Part shown: positions 14,001 to 29,794 of the stretch, one piece after another
Layout: each line of letters starts with the position of its first letter
Numbering within the stretch: the first letter of the stretch is position 1
DNA from: Antedon mediterranea
Taxonomy: Eukaryota > Animalia > Echinodermata
Assembly: GCF_964355755.1 (NCBI RefSeq)
Contig: NC_092672.1
Coordinates: forward strand, 31,750,437 to 31,814,436
Direction: 5' to 3'
DNA length: 64,000 nt
Made by a program: the position numbers and the translations under genes
The notes under the pieces: model-generated
What the model saw: only the letters and a program-made list of their open reading frames with translations
Told to the model about the DNA's origin: nothing
Database searches by the model: none

Positions 14001-14899
14001 ATGCTCCATTTTTCATGTCTTCTCTCAGCCCTGGCACAGTTACTTTTTGAAGATGATCGTTCAAAAATTACACAACCCGAAAATTAGACAAATGACAGAA
14101 CAAGACAATTTTCAACATGTGCCAATTATCATACACATTGGCAGGTTCTGATGTCCTGACAGTTAAAACTAAATTTAAATAATTAAAAAGTTCCACAGGC
14201 AAACTTTAAAGGAAGCTTCTAGGACAACGTGTAGAAAACCATTTGACAGGGCCCTAAGTTTTCAAGGTCCTAATGTTAGGTCTATATGTAATATTTTCAA
14301 TGGTAAAGGACACAATGTTTAATTTGTAAATACAGATTTTACTGCAATCATAAAGCCTTCTTGATATTAACTAAGCCAGGCCTATACTAAGCTGTACAGT
14401 AGCTATACTAACCCTCAAAAGATTTCCTGAAAAAGTACAATGCACTATTAAACAAGTAATATCAATTAAATGTAACTGCTTAATTGTAAATGAATAAAGT
14501 GCAGGCAGAAAAAAAACCTATAGGTTAGAAACTAAACTGATCGGGCATGGAGAGTGATGTACTTTTGTGTGTTTCTGTCCTAGTTTGGCTCTAGTAGCTG
14601 CTCATACTTTTGTTTTGTTCTCCACTATATAAAACAAATACATGATAAAACAAAAAGAAATAAAAGAAGTGAAATAAAACCTTTCCTAACAAATTAATAC
14701 AATCCACAATTACAAAATTGTACACATAGCCAACGGACAATTTCCTTGAAGTTTAATTATGACTTTGACAATATTTCAATATGCTACAGGCAATTAGAGT
14801 GAGTGTGTTATAATGGTGATTGATGACTTTACATGCTGCCAATAATAGAATACTTTGACACACCTAATAAGCCCACCCTAATAGTCAGCATGACTAGTA

Positions 14900-15050
14900 C
14901 AGTCAACTCTCCCAATACCAGTCTCTAAAACCAGAAACTCTCCCAATACCAGACTTTTCTTGAAGTCCAATAGCCCCAAATTCAAAACACAATACCGAAT
15001 ACAAGATTTTCCGGAAAACCAGACATATTTGGCCAGCCCAAAGGTGTCCA
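14900..15050. mobile_element. Truncated second copy of the 1647-1831 MITE, opposite orientation
   Basis: TA|CAGTCAACTCTCCCAATACCAG...GGAAAACCAGACATATTTGGCCAGCCCAA matches the reverse complement of the first copy; the far TIR is missing. Confidence 0.82.
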
Positions 15051-18000
15051 GAGAGTAGTAGTAGTAATAGTAGTAGTAAATCATGGATGAAATCTTAAGC
15101 TGAAAGCATCTTTCTCTGATTCATGGGCAGTACTGACAGAGATGAATGGAATTGAAAAGTGTGCGAGTGAAACCGGTGGTTACCAATATCGCACACGAAA
15201 TGAGTAAAACGGGAACTGTACACAAATGTCAACATTGAACTGATGTTTGCCCTAATCTGACGTAATTTTGTACAATATCATGTGAGGGCAAATAGGGCAA
15301 ACATTTGATCAATTGCCCAACTGCCTAATGCAAAACTACTCCACTGCAGTTGTTAAACACAATTATCAACTGAAGTGACATATTTTGGGCAACTGTATGC
15401 TACACCAGTTGCAGGAGCACAATGTTCCCCCAGTTGAGTTGAGTTCCGTGTCGACCTAACCCCATCTTTAATATATTTATGTACTGGCAATATACGCCTA
15501 TTATTGAACAAAAATGATTATACTTTGGGCGTTTTGAATTCTGAATAGCTGGATTACCAGGTCATTATCACGAAACCTAATGTCACTCAGGAATCATGTA
15601 CAGGATGTCAAATATATAAAAAAAAGACCACCAATGTTTAACGTTCCTTAATCGACTTTAAAATGCTTTCATGTTAAATCTTTCATGAGAATCAATTTAA
15701 ACCTTGAACAACAAAATAAAAAAACAAAAGGACACAATGTTCGTGTATATGACATATTGACGGGTGAATGATTTACACCCCTAACTTGTTTTCATTGCAA
15801 GAAGGGTACCATAAGCAACTGTTAACCCCTTTTGCATAAGACTGTACTGTTTATAATGTGAAGATGTTTTTATGACGTGATCAAAAAGGAATTTAGTAAA
15901 CACTACTTGAGAGAAAATTCAAGGGACGTGGGAAAAAATATTTAATAGCGAGAACAAAAAATTACCCTGTATTCATTTATTGGTCAATTTATTGGAAAAT
16001 GTACGATTTTAACCTAAAATGTCATTGTTTTGTCATGGTCCTATATTGTAATTAATAATGTAGTGTTCAGGATTCAAGAAATGTTATTGATCCACTTAAA
16101 AATGGAAATTATTTTTGCTTGGCATAATAAAGACAATAAAACTACAAGAAAAATACATCAAATTGCACAATATTAAATAATTAATTTACTTATTAAAAAT
16201 TTGGCAAATAGCCCAAGATTTGTTGAAAGATTTGAACAAAAGAATCCAGAACAAGTGATATGGTGCTATACCAGATGAACCCAAATTTCGGGATGACACA
16301 AATTTAAATGAAAGGAAGTTGAGCTATGATTAGTTCATTAATGACTTTAGATTTTTCTCTTTCCATGAATGTTTTCAATTTAGGGACAATGTCAATTACC
16401 TCTCACAGGGTACATTGTCAAAATCTGTGGTCAGGATTTAACGAACATTGTCACATTGGCCTACTGTACCTCTTATCATGCACTCAAGAGACGAGTTAGC
16501 CTACTATACCTTTCGAAGCGTACTCATATGGTAAGAAGAACTGAAGTGTTATATAATACAAACCAATTCTTATATAACTGAAGTGGGACTTGTCACTTAA
16601 ATCACTCAAACACAATCAGAGCATATAATTAAACTTGCCCAATTGGGGCTCTTTAACAAATTTGTAAGAATGCCAAAATCCCTGGTTGCACCAGCCTGTT
16701 AGAAAGCAATTATACCATGCTTATCAAATCAAGTTCTATAGACATGGATTCTTGTACAGAGAATGTAGATATACTGTATGTACTCCTTCAACAAATTAAG
16801 ATTTTGGCATGCAACTTTAGATAAATCGTGTCTTTGAAATTATGCAAGATTAACAATTGAGGCTTCACATAAAGGGTTTATCAAGAGGAAAGGGTATATC
16901 TAAAAGATAAATGTAGTTCGAGATAAGGTACGTCAGAAAATATCGATTTTAATGTAGCCATCAAAAAACTTTCCTATGCTAATACAACAGATAGCATGGT
17001 TCACAAGGAACTTATGCCTAGTTTTCTTTGGGGACCCCTATTAAGAGACACTTTCCCGCAAAACGAACAAGAACCAACCTCTTGCACTGAAGGTGTCCTC
17101 TTAATAGGAGTTCTACTCTGTAATTAAAATATTACTTCTAAATGCATGGTTCACAATAAAGCTAGTTAAACTGTAAATTCACTCTGCTAACTTTCTTAAA
17201 TTCAACTTACAATGTTAAAAATAATATGCAGAACAGAAATGCAGTTGCTTGTGTAAATAAACCTGCTTTTGTAAATAAACCCATTCCGACTTAGAAAAGC
17301 TTAGAATAATATTACGTTTTCAATCAAAACTACTTATAAAGTAATTTTCCACATTATTCACTCTGATAACACACCTTACTTAAACCTTTTGACCTCAAAT
17401 AAAATATGTATTTTTCAACTCATTTCCAGGTATACATAAAAGGTGAGTAAAATTATGTCATGGCAAGATAAGAAAAAAGGAAACGTTTATTAATTTATTT
17501 TTATACTATTGCCCTCCGCGATAAAAAGCATTAATATTTAAAATTTTACTTTTAAAGGTTTAACACAAATGTACCATAGCATATTGTAATGTGTTATACT
17601 GAGGCCTTCTATTTTTTAAATAATTTTACCAATCTAAACAATTTTGTGACCTCATGATTATCTTATTTATGTCCCTTTAATTAACATTAATTCAGTTTCG
17701 TGAGAATTCGCAATATTATAGTTTTGCGAAACGGACAATATAAAACATGCTATGTCAATCACTATTAACATTTTTAATAAACTGCAAATTAATAATGACA
17801 TAATCAAAATGTTTTCAATGTCATCTTAATTTTCCCCTCGAAAGTCAATCAATAAATGAATTGAAATTACTGTAATTTATAAGTCATTAATATAATTAAA
17901 TCTTAAATATGACATTGAAATAACAATTCTTATTAAATTTAAACTTAATTCCTGTAGCTCTACGCCTCATAAATCATCTAGGTTGGGAATTTTAAATGCG

Positions 18001-20762
18001 AGAATAATATAATAACGAAAAGTGTTTGTGTTAATGATCAATAAAGAAAACCTGTAGAAAAATAGGTGAAGACCATTTCATACAAAAGTCTCTAACCTAT
18101 GCCAAGACAAAAAAAAAGAATTCAAGACTAAAATCGAAAATAGTCGCATCAAAATCTTTGCGTCTGACGGAGGTGTTTCCAAGTCTGAATCAAGTTATGG
18201 GCATTTGCGACGTTGTAAAAGCTGAAATTTCAAAATTAAATTGACATTGATTGCAATTAATGTAACAAAATGTATTGTAATGATATCAAGTGTTCATTCC
18301 CGGCTCAATGGCAATTCACTTACTCACAATTGGGACATTCTGAAATAATCAACTTCACAAAAAAAAAGAGTTGCAAATAACCTTGGGTATTAATGTAATA
18401 AGTTTATGAATGAATATAATTTAAATTTAGGGCTTTTTGCCAGCAATTGAATTTGACACGAATTAAGGATGGGGTAATAGCTATGTGTTACAATAAATTC
18501 GTCAACTTGGATGAATGTTATTTCAATTCAGGGCTCTTTGCCAAAAGTTTTTGTTCCTCTTATACAATTTTAAACTTTGAATACTGTTAATGGAATATAT
18601 ACAGCATCATGATCGGGTGCAATATTACAACAATAATTCACAAACCAAAGTGGTGTTGGTAGTCTAGTGCTGGATAAACCAACACAGGCCATTTCCTTTT
18701 TGACGGGAGAACATCTCGAAAAGAAATAGTGAGGTGTGAATGGGTATAGTCACTCACTGGAGAGTACGACTCACAGACGGACTTGGAGGGAAGTTTTTAT
18801 TACTTTTCGAGTTATGTTCTTCCCTCATAGAGGAAAGGGCCTATGTCGGTTTATCTAGGTAAGCTAGGCACAAAATAGATTTATGCTATCATAAAATAGT
18901 ATCGTATCATTCCTGATTATATAATTAATGTTGATATATTGTAAGCAGGAATGATCTGATCTGATGATGACATATCAATCTCATGGTAGCGTTCATTTCA
19001 TCGTAAACTTTCGTACTTGAAGTTGATTGGTTGCCCTTTCAGTCGTATCAAAGAACATGAGTAACACATTATTAACCTTCTATTAAATTTGATAAAGCAA
19101 TTTGGATGTAATAAATGATTCAGGGTTTAATGTACCTGGTAATTTACATTCATTGTGATTGTAGAAAAATAACATACTGTTAGATAATGTGACCAGCAGA
19201 AAGCTTTACTAGGCCTGCCTTACCAGGCCTGCCTCACCGAGCTCAGCTTCTCAGTGCAGAACAATTATCGTTGAAGACCCCGATAGCCCACCTGCTCAGT
19301 ATAGCTACACCTGCCAAATCTAATCAGTTGGGTCTTATAAACAGACGGGAATAAATATCTGGAGACCGAACCAACACATTCTTCAGTTAAATTTTTCTTT
19401 TGATGGTATCAACACAAAGTGTTTTTTACATTTGTAGCTAAGCCTACCTCATTCCCTCATGGTCAACCTTTAAACCACCTTTTGGAACTGGGAGCATAGG
19501 CTTTTTGCAACCCATATAATTTGTTATTTTACTATACACAGTACAGTTGTAAATAAAGTGGTTATGTATCTGCAAAAAATAAATAAATATGCAATTGTAT
19601 TGTTCAGTTTGGGATATGATGTACCCAGACACCAAAAAGTGTTCCCTAAAGCGAGGGAGGTATCCTCTGAGTGGAGATTGGCCTTAGTGTTAGTGTTTCT
19701 CTCAATTTATTTTCAAATCTTCCAAATGAAGAGGTTCTATACTATATCAAATTAGAAAGAGGTGGATAGATTTACTTTAGCTAATAAATAATATTTTCTT
19801 TTATGATATGATGTTGTCAATCTTGAGTTTTATATGTACAGTATATGAATATTCAATTCTTTTCTGTACAAGAATCACAGTTATATGCTATACATTTGTC
19901 CTGTCAATCAAATCTATTTACCGTTGAAAAACAAACTAATATTATTCAGACTTCTTAAATCGATATCAAACTCGATGTTTACAGAACAACTACTGGTTAG
20001 GAATGAATTCCAGATGATCTCCGTCAACCTTCGTAATTCCATGATCTGATCTTTATCCCTTTCACGACCTCCAGATTTCCATAATATAAGCCAAAGATTT
20101 ATCCACTGATAGCTTTAATTATCCACACACAGCCAAGGGAACAGATAAGCAAACTCATATGGAGTTACTGTTGGCACGTAATTGTATTCACTGTACTTTT
20201 ATTTTTTTACTTTTTGTTGAGGATTCCCAAGGCATTGGAACTGGTTCCAGTAGTCTTGTTGAATCATAACGCCACAAAAATCAACATTGAAGCTAGACGG
20301 TGTCTCCCTATGACTCAAAGCAACTATGAGCACCTCGCTAGGCCTAGACAGTTAAGTCCAGGGTTGCGAATGGAGTTTCGAAGGAGGTTCTTTAGGTTTA
20401 TGTCTAGACAACTCATTACAGCTCTTCTCTTGTGCCAGCCTCTTATGTTTGGTATACCTTTGTGAATTCACTTTTGTTTCAGAGTTCAACCCTTATACCT
20501 TAAATTAACACGAACATTTATATTTCTGGAAGTTCATTCACCCGAATCAAACCAATTAATTTTATGAACAGGTATAAAAAAAAACTTGCTTATATTAACA
20601 TTTGAACATTTTCTACTTGTTATATTTATATTGATGTGAATAGACATGTTTTTAAAAATAAATTAGACACAACAAATAAACTATTAAATTTGAATATGGT
20701 TAATTTTATATTAAAATGTTTAATTCCCAGCAAATTCACATCTTATTCTAAAATCCTTGTCT

Positions 20763-20889
20763 AAACTTTATATGACAACAAAATGTGGTATGCCCATATA
20801 TGGACATGAAAATGTCATACTGTACACTACTATATTTGGGCACATCCCATTTTTTTTGTCAAACTAGTTTGATAGTGTAGGCAGAGCTT
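20763..20889. mobile_element. MITE family A copy (left TIR truncated)
   Basis: Shares the internal TGCCCATATATGGACATG and the right TIR CTAGTTTGATAGTGTAGGCAGAGCTT with the other family A copies. Confidence 0.8.
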
Positions 20890-21275
20890 AAGTAGTTTTT
20901 TATTGGCTATAAAACTAACTTTTCTCACATCAGTAACAAAATACAAGTTTAATATTGTTAATGTTTTGGTACCTGGCCAAATACACAAACAATCATTTTT
21001 ATTTCCTTGAAAACTACATTCCCAGGTCTATAAAAATTAAGAAGTCTTCAATTAAAAGAAGATTTTGTAAGTATTTTGATCGAATCAACGCATTTCTTGT
21101 ACGTGAGCAATGGTGCCCTGGTGGTTTTGTTGACGACAACAAAGTTACTATCATTTTGGTTTTTTTAAACTAATAAGTTGGACATTATGGAGGAAAACAA
21201 TGTGGTTTATATTTTGACTATAATCCATAAAAATGTGGACAAATTAAAATGTAGATTTTAAAATATATTAATATA

Positions 21276-21575
21276 CAGTCACCTCTATTAAGGGGACACC
21301 TTTCAAGACCAAACAAGGTGGCCCCTGAATAGGTGTTGACCATATTATCAAAACATATATTGCTCTTTTTTCCTCTCACATATTCCCCTTGTTATTTCCG
21401 CAGGAAAGTGGCCCCTTAATAGGGATGGCTCCTGAATAGGGGAATTGGGCACAATATTAAAACATATTGCACCTCGTTCCTTTCACAAGAAAAAAGTGTC
21501 CCCGTAAGCCACAGTATTAAACATTATATTGCTCCTTGTTCACAGGGAAGTGTCCCCTTTATAGGGATTGTTCTG
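21276..21575. mobile_element. Tc1/pogo-type MITE family E copy
   Basis: TA|CAG...CTG|TA ends; diagnostic CCTCTATTAAGGGGACACC and GTGTCCCCTTTATAGG motifs. Related fragments lie near 4300-4370, 11020-11080, 17030-17120, 44400-44630, 47780-47850 and 63045-63160. Confidence 0.65.
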
Positions 21576-23207
21576 TAATCATGTTACTTTCTGTAGAATA
21601 ATTTTGAGTTTTGTAGCTTTTTTCCCCCAATAAGTTGAATCATTTTTACAAGCCTTTATGAGTCAACAAACCTGGCACTTATCCAAAACAAAAAAACAAA
21701 ACTAATTATCAAATCTATGATGAAATGATTTTTTTTATGATTTAGATAACACTTTAACAGGAAACATCAAGGTTCCTGACTCTATATTAAAACAGATCAA
21801 AATGGGGCTTGGCACTGGGGCAAATAATACCCATGACTTTTTGTTAAACTTTATTAAAATTAGTCCATACTTAGCTCAATATTTCTTTATGAATTTGGCA
21901 TTGAGCAATTTCTATAAAACTTTATCCAAAATGACTGTGTTTTACACATTTTTTGCACGCAAGCTGATAACAACTATCAGTACCACTTATAAACGGCAGA
22001 AATCTTTAAATAATCATCCTCTGGCTAAAACTGGTTCATAGCCAACTAGGTCCTATAAAGGAACGCTTGATAATGCCTGGTCCAATGTGCATATATTATT
22101 GGATCTATATCCTATGATATAATAGTCACATGTGATAAATATGTGACACTGTATTACAGCAATTGCCTATGATACTTGCCTAATTATATACATACAGTAC
22201 TAAGAATCGGCTAGAGTGCGTAATGCGTAGTGTAATTATGCCCCCACTAAGTTGAACTAATATCTGTTGCATGTATAAACATTATTGTCCAAAACTAAAG
22301 TATACATTACAAAAAGAAAATTAACTTATTACCGGTAGTTATAAACGTATTATTGCTATTACTGGCATATCCCTACAGTACCAAACTTCCTTACTATGTA
22401 GGAAGATATAAGCACTGCTCAGTACTCAGGCTTATCACTAAGTAGGCTAGCTGGCATTTAGTTTCCCCCTGACCTTACACATCTTTTTAACCATTAGTAG
22501 TTTCCTACCCATGGTTCTGTTAAAATTGCAACGTCTTTCCACAAGTAAGGATAAGAGTGTTAAATATAATTATTGTTTAAAATTACAAAACCTAGATTAT
22601 ATTCTTCAATATTAATCCATACATAAGGGTTTCTAAATGAAATTTCTCTCCGCACATGATGGAATTGTAAAAAAAAGAACAATCAATACACACCAATCAG
22701 AATTGGTTTTGCGACGCACGCACATTGCATTGTGGGATACAACAATTGTTGCATGGTGCTACATGTACAATTCAATTATAATTTTTGACAATATTTTTTT
22801 TTTTGGACAAATTTTTAACATTACATTTTGGTGTTTTTTATTTAAAGTTGTAGAAAGTTATTTACTTCAATTAAAAAGAAAGTCTTTCACATTTTTCATG
22901 ATTGACAGATTTGAAGTCAATACAGGTAACACATTATTAACAAGTACTAAGTATTGTCTAACTATTTTTATTGTTGTCTAATATTTATGTTGTCTACTGG
23001 TGGTGTTGTCTGTTAGATTTACTATCTCAAATCTGTCTCGTAGTTGTAGACAACCCAATACAATAAAATTAGGTGGACAACACAATAAATATTACGAAAT
23101 GTGGGAAAATATCCGTTGCTTAGTGCAGTATTCTGTCGGTTGTGTATGGCAAGCTGGAGTTATGTTTATATCCACAAGAGTAATAACTCCAATCTATGCA
23201 TGCTCAA

Positions 23208-23394
23208 GTTATTCCAGATCATATCCGAGGTATAGGCGGGATGAGTGCTTGATATTTTTACCAAGGGTGTGATCAGTTAACTCTGTTATACCTCTGAGTT
23301 GTTATTCCAGATCATATCCAAGGTACAGGCGGGATGGGTGCTTGATATTTTACCAAGGGTGTGATCAGTTAACTCTGTTATAACTCTGAGTTGT
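23208..23394. repeat. 93-bp tandem duplication
   Basis: GTTATTCCAGATCATATCC...GTGTGATCAGTTAACTCTGTTATA starts at 23208 and 23301, with a few substitutions. Confidence 0.92.
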
Positions 23395-24099
23395 TAAGAC
23401 CGTTATAACTCCGATAAGTTTCAGACCTACACAGTGGCGTAACAGATATGAATACTGAATGGCTAAACCCAGGGTCCCTACAACATAGGGGAGGCCCAGA
23501 TGAACAGTCCCAAAGCAACTACTCAGCGTTGAAGGGCCCCTTAGGAGTGCTAAACCATGGACCTTTTCCTTCTATATTACACCCCTGGAGCTACATCCAA
23601 TGACAAGCCAAACATCAATACTAGTGAAGCTATATAACTCTGATAGACTACACTCTAACTCCAATAGAGAAAACAGCATGTAAACATAGCCTAATAGAAT
23701 TCAACGCATGGAAGTGAAACTACATTGGAATATCACGGAGATCACGGCAGCAAAAACGCAAGGACAGGATGCCTGCACTTTGTGCAATATTTCATTATCT
23801 CCTGTACGTGATAAGACCGAATGAACACACTAATGTTATCAGCATTATGTTATTATCCCACACTGCATTGCAAACACACACGTTTTGATAAACACCTCTG
23901 CCAGGATGTATTGTGAGTATGTGTTTATAAGTAGAAAATTACGTTAAAAGTTATTATTAGCTATATGGTACTTTTTTAACTACAGTATACATTTTCTAAC
24001 AAACTCAACTGAAATACCAGAAGATCCACATAGTTAATTCAGATAAAATAAAACATAGTGATTGTATATTCACAAATATATTTAAACACTAAAGGCCAA

Positions 24100-24318
24100 T
24101 CTACACTAGTAAACTACTGTACATTAGTTTGACAAGTGTGATCAAATATGGTAGTGATATGCCCAGATATGGTAGTGATATGCCCAGATATGGTAGTGAT
24201 ATGCCCAGATATGGTAGTGATATGCCCAGATTAGGTAGTGATATGACATCATAGTGTCCATATTATGGGCACATCACATTTTGTTGTCACATAAAGTTTG
24301 ATAGTGTAGACAGAGCTT
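24100..24318. mobile_element. MITE family A copy with an expanded internal 21-bp repeat
   Basis: About 4.5 copies of ATATGGTAGTGATATGCCCAG; ends AGTTTGATAGTGTAGACAGAGCTT. Confidence 0.85.
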
Positions 24319-24465
24319 TAAACATAGCAACATAAGTGCAAACAAGCACTCAATCTATATATAGATATCCACAAAAAGCAAAATCATTTGTGAAATATAA
24401 GGGCAGAAAAATAACAAACAAAAATAAAAAAATGTCATATTAAATTTTTTTGCAAAGTAGGCCTA

Positions 24466-24556
24466 AAGCTCTGTCTACATTTTATTTATATCACTTCCAT
24501 ATTTGGGTACATCACTCTTTTTGTGTCAAACTAGTTTGATAGTGTAGACAGATCTT
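24466..24556. mobile_element. MITE family A copy, internally deleted
   Basis: AAGCTCTGTCTACA ... TAGTTTGATAGTGTAGACAGATCTT. Confidence 0.8.
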
Positions 24557-27500
24557 TAGCTAATTTGTTGAACAAGTGACCACATTCTATTTCAGGTCAA
24601 CTTAACAGGAAACATTGACTAAAAACCACAATTAAACAATGGTTTTAATAAGTGTGTCATAACTTTATTTAGAGATAATTTATTCGTATTCATGTAAGTT
24701 AAACTGTCATGTGATGAATCAATATTATTAATAGTTTCATTAACTATGAAATATAAATGCAAGATTACGTGACATGCCTGGGGATCCCCAATGAATCACA
24801 GGAATACGGTAGATGACATTGTCTTTAGTTGTTGATTTTAAATATAAATTATTCTACAAAAATAAAATACAAAACTCTACAACAAATAATAACCTAAAAT
24901 ATTACCTTGGCAATATTCAACCTAGCTTATTGAAATACATATTTATATTGTAATTTTATATTTCTTGTGCATTTAGTTTTTCATTAGTATGAATAGGTAC
25001 AATTTTTCAACATTCATCAAATTACAAGATTGACATCAGAAAGCTTTCAATTTTCTGTTTTTATCAGCTCATAAAATGCTTCATTTCCACTCCATCTACA
25101 ATATCTGCTGATTCATGTCTGATTATGCAAATTCTCAAGAGATTTTACCAATCACCAAATTGTATTTACATCATGTGACCTAGTCTAGCCATTCAGGTTT
25201 GAGCTCTAGAGAATTCAGAGCCAGTAATCAGGCTGATATTGCCAGAAGTAGTATGTCCTCTTGGGAACACTTTTAAAGAAGAATATGCTACTTATCAGTA
25301 AATTGGGCACATTTTATTTGGCAACCTGTCTAGACCAATCTTCATCATTCAAATTCCAGATTTTTATTGACTTTTTTTTTTCAAATTTTCTGTAACACTC
25401 AGCATGTAAAATAATATAATAAACTACAGAATTCAAAGAAAACCAAAATTTTATTTCTAATATCAAAATGATTATGATAAAAATAACTTTAAATCCATGA
25501 CAAAACAAATCCACAATTGGAGATCAGTAAATATTAAAATCAAATTTAATTGAATTATGACAACATGTTTAAAATACTATACCATATTTACCAACACATG
25601 AACTGATCAAACTAATATCAAAATGTTGAATCATGCTCTGAATCATGCTCTTCCCTCTAACTATTTTGACGTTATATCTTCTGCTACCATATTTATATTT
25701 TGTATTTTATAGGTTTATAAAAATAAGAGTTCAGAATTATCTCCATCCAACCTGTTGCTATGAAAAATTCAATCTTCCATAAAATGACCAAATCAAATAA
25801 TATCACAACAACTTATAATTTGTTCAGATAGATCTTGAAAAAAAAAACTCTCTAAAACTTATGATGAGCATTACATCCCGGTAAACTAGATAATAATCCT
25901 CAGGATTGCTCCCAGCGGCAAAGTTCAGAGCCATCGTTGTTTCGGAAAGCAGTCCAAAGGATTTTATTACCATTGCTAGAAGCCAAGGATCATCCATTGA
26001 CAAGCCTGCATTGAGATCATGTTCAAGAAAATCCTAAAACTATTGAATTTTCCACAAAACGTGAACAAATGATTTGATTTTAAATTGTAATCTTAAACCA
26101 GATGGTAGCAATCGTATTGTTGAACTTTTTTTTTATCTTCCAAGGAGAAAGAGAATATATACATCCATCCCTAACCTTGAATTTAATCATAAGATTCATC
26201 TTAAAACACTTTTTCCCATTCTGGGTGGTAGATCTTTGTGGATTAAATACATTTCTATAATATATCAACCTAAACCATCTGTTGTATGTATTGAATTTGT
26301 ATTGTTTTGTTTATTATATATAATCCTGTATTTTTATCATCAAGTTTTCACTTTTCAGATCACAGAATGCTCTTATTAATTTAGAAGAATTATCTACACA
26401 TGTTTGGTAATTAGCCAATAGGAAGTGTTAATAAATAGTGTCATTAAACTAATTCTTTGTACATAATTGCTATTATTAAATGGATTACTGAGAACATAAC
26501 GTTCCCTGCCCATTCTGTAAGATTACAGATAGAAATTATTTATATTTAAACTATTAACCATTTACATAATGAATTTGTAAATTACAATTCAATTTTGTCA
26601 TCTTAATTTTGTTTATATCCTGTAAATGAATCAGAAAAGCGAGCAAATTAATTTTTTTAAGCAACTTCAGAAAGTTAAAAACCCTACACAAAAAAAAAGA
26701 ATAAACAAATAAATTATAATTGGTCTAAAGTGAAAAATCATACTGTATCATAAGATGGCTTTTGACAGAGAAATACGAAGATCTGCCAAAGTAATGACAT
26801 AGTGAGAGGCAACTTCATATTTAGAATGTAAAACAAAAGATTTCAAAATTTTACTGTACAGTAGCCTAGAAAATGTTCACTTTCATCACTCATTACAATA
26901 TCACTATTCTGTCAATCATCAAACCATCAGTTCGCCGAAGGAAATTTATAAAATGTTATTGCAAAAATGTTGAAACATGAAAGGAATAACAATGTCATGT
27001 TCGGTTTGTTGTTCTTAAAAAAAATTAAATAAATAGAAAAATAAATTCTTTTGATTTAGTTTTCATTGATTGATAGAGAAGATCATAAATCCACTGCATA
27101 CTTCAGAAGCGAGTATAAACAATTGTAAATGTCTTAATGTTAAGTAAGGTTTTATTACCATGTTCTTTTGATGACACTAAACTTGGCAATCTTACCTATT
27201 AACCCCAAGAAACTTCAACTTTGCACGAGTATTATCGCTTTATAACGTTGAAGAAATGAAAGGTTTTCGAGTGTTATCTTCATGAAGGGTATGACGAACT
27301 TGTTTCCTAGAATTTGGTGGTATAAATGAAAAATCCTACAATTTTATATTTTAATACTAGCGTAGCGTACATTGTCTGAATCTATTTAGCGTTAAACTTG
27401 CAACAAGGCTTCAGTTTCTTCTAGTCCAAATTTAAGAATAGAAAATTCTACAATGTGCTAGCTTAGTAGCCAAATGAGAAAGTAACATATTTAATAGTTG

Positions 27501-29794
27501 GCCATTTATATTATCATTTATGATTTATGAGTTGTGTTTCGTCATCAGAAAATGTCGTCTGTCAGGTTGGCAGACTTGTTGAGAAGATGGCTTACACTAA
27601 ATTTTTAGCAAAGTATATGTCGTGTTGGAAAACAGAAGCCACGTAGTGTCTACCGACCAGGCGACGGATAGCAAACACGTTGAAAACATGGCTCAAGTAA
27701 TTACATCTACTGTCGATAAATTGTATATCAGCAGTGTCTATGCATTGTATAGACACTGCTGACATAATAATTGAATTTGCATTCTTTTCTCAGAATTAAT
27801 CCTACAATTTTTATTTTAAAATAATGGTTTGATAGAATATAAACTGTACACTATGTATTGTCTGTATACCGCTAAACATTTTTAAAGGCCTACACAAGAT
27901 TTTAAGTATAATTTTGATATCCACAGCTTAACAAATCATGCATGTAGTAGAATATTATTTACTGTTACCTTTAACAGTTAACTGTTACTTTTGTACATAT
28001 CAAGTGTTGTATAATGTGTATTTAACCCGCCTCTTCAAATTATATCATAAAAACCATAAAGTTCACAGATAAGGTGAACATTATAACTACATTATGACTA
28101 CAGTTACCAGACAAACAAATCCTTCTGATCAAATTACACAGCAACAAAAGACTGCAAAATTGTACAACAAAAAATTAGCACACTTATACCGAAATTTTCA
28201 CTGAAAGGTTAGGAGACGGCTCTAGGCAAGGCGTTTCTCCTTAGAAAATAATAGTATCGATTTTAATACAATTTACTATAAAACAGTACTTGAAGTTTGC
28301 ACCTCTCTTCAAACAATTGAAACTTACAAGCTATCATAAATCAGTAAATATTTTCACAGAAGGCGTGAATAATAAACAACAAGCTATAAAAATAAATAGA
28401 ACTTTATCAAAAGAATTGTTTCTGATGTCCTTGGTGAAAAGTTTCATCAATGAATAAAATACCAACAAGATATAAAAAAGATTAAACTGAATTTGTGATC
28501 AATTATCAGCCAATTCTCGAAAGTGACTTACATGTAATTGGTCTTACCCTACTCTGACGTAATTTGTACTTCATACCTGACAAATTAAACAACTCCCTGA
28601 TGCAAAGCTGCTCCACAGTAATTAAATAAATTACAAGACTTATTATAGTACATATCCCAACCAATAGAAATAACAATATATAATTTCTAATAAGATAAAA
28701 ATCAAACTTATACCAAAGTTTTGTTACATAGCTTTAAGTAACTGTTTAAAGTGGATAATGTGGTATTGCAATGATTTTCTAGAAACCTGGAATAGGCAAG
28801 CAAAAGCAAGCATGATTTACATTTAAAATAGTTTTTATTTTTGTCAAGTAATTGGTACCAGTATCCCTGTACATGCCTTAATCTTCAAAATATTTTAAAT
28901 AATCTTTAAATTTTCTTATAAAAAAGAAATATATTTACTGAAATTGACAATGAAACAAGCAAAACTTATACAATTTATACTTTAGGAGAGATTAATTAAC
29001 GAGCAATAATTTTTATTTCTTATCTTTTGCGAGTTCCCTGTATGGCAAGGAAGACAAAACGTTGAGTATAGACGCCATAAAGAATATAAGTCATTTAAAA
29101 TGTGCAAAATGAAATAAATTTTAAATAAATATCAACAACAAAAAAATAACAATAAAGGAATAATTGTATTAGCAAATAACCAAATCATAAACAAATTTCC
29201 GTAAACAGTAAAATAACTACCGGAACAAATATTTACCTTATTAATATTTGATCATCACGTATAGCACGTATTTCCGGAAGCTGATAAAAATCTTAATCTA
29301 ATTTTTTTAAACTCTGAGTAAATTGCAGAATTAATATTAGGGCGACACCTCCCGTTGATTCAGCATAAAGTTAAAGAGTTTCATGTTTGTATTGTATCTT
29401 TTGAATTAGTTACTTGTGTCCGCAGGGTACGATCCTAATAGGATAATTTAAGGAGGTCAGATAGGTTTAAGCCAGAGAGATGACTGATGCTGCCATAGGT
29501 CCACTGATGGATAACAAGAGTTGCTATGTTGGCTTATAAGTCTTTATGTACAATAGGATAAGTAAAGCAAGGAAAACATGCTAAATTAATTTATGTTGGT
29601 TAAGTTTCTATTGTTATGCATAAACTAAAAATAAGATTCACAGTTAGCTATGTGTTATCGATTACACTAAATATACTAAATATTTTTTGTAGATCATAAA
29701 GAATATGCATTTTCCAAACATTTTTAGAAATACCAGTCAAATAATACTATACATAATATGAAATTATTTACTGGTTCAACTTTCTAATGGTTTT

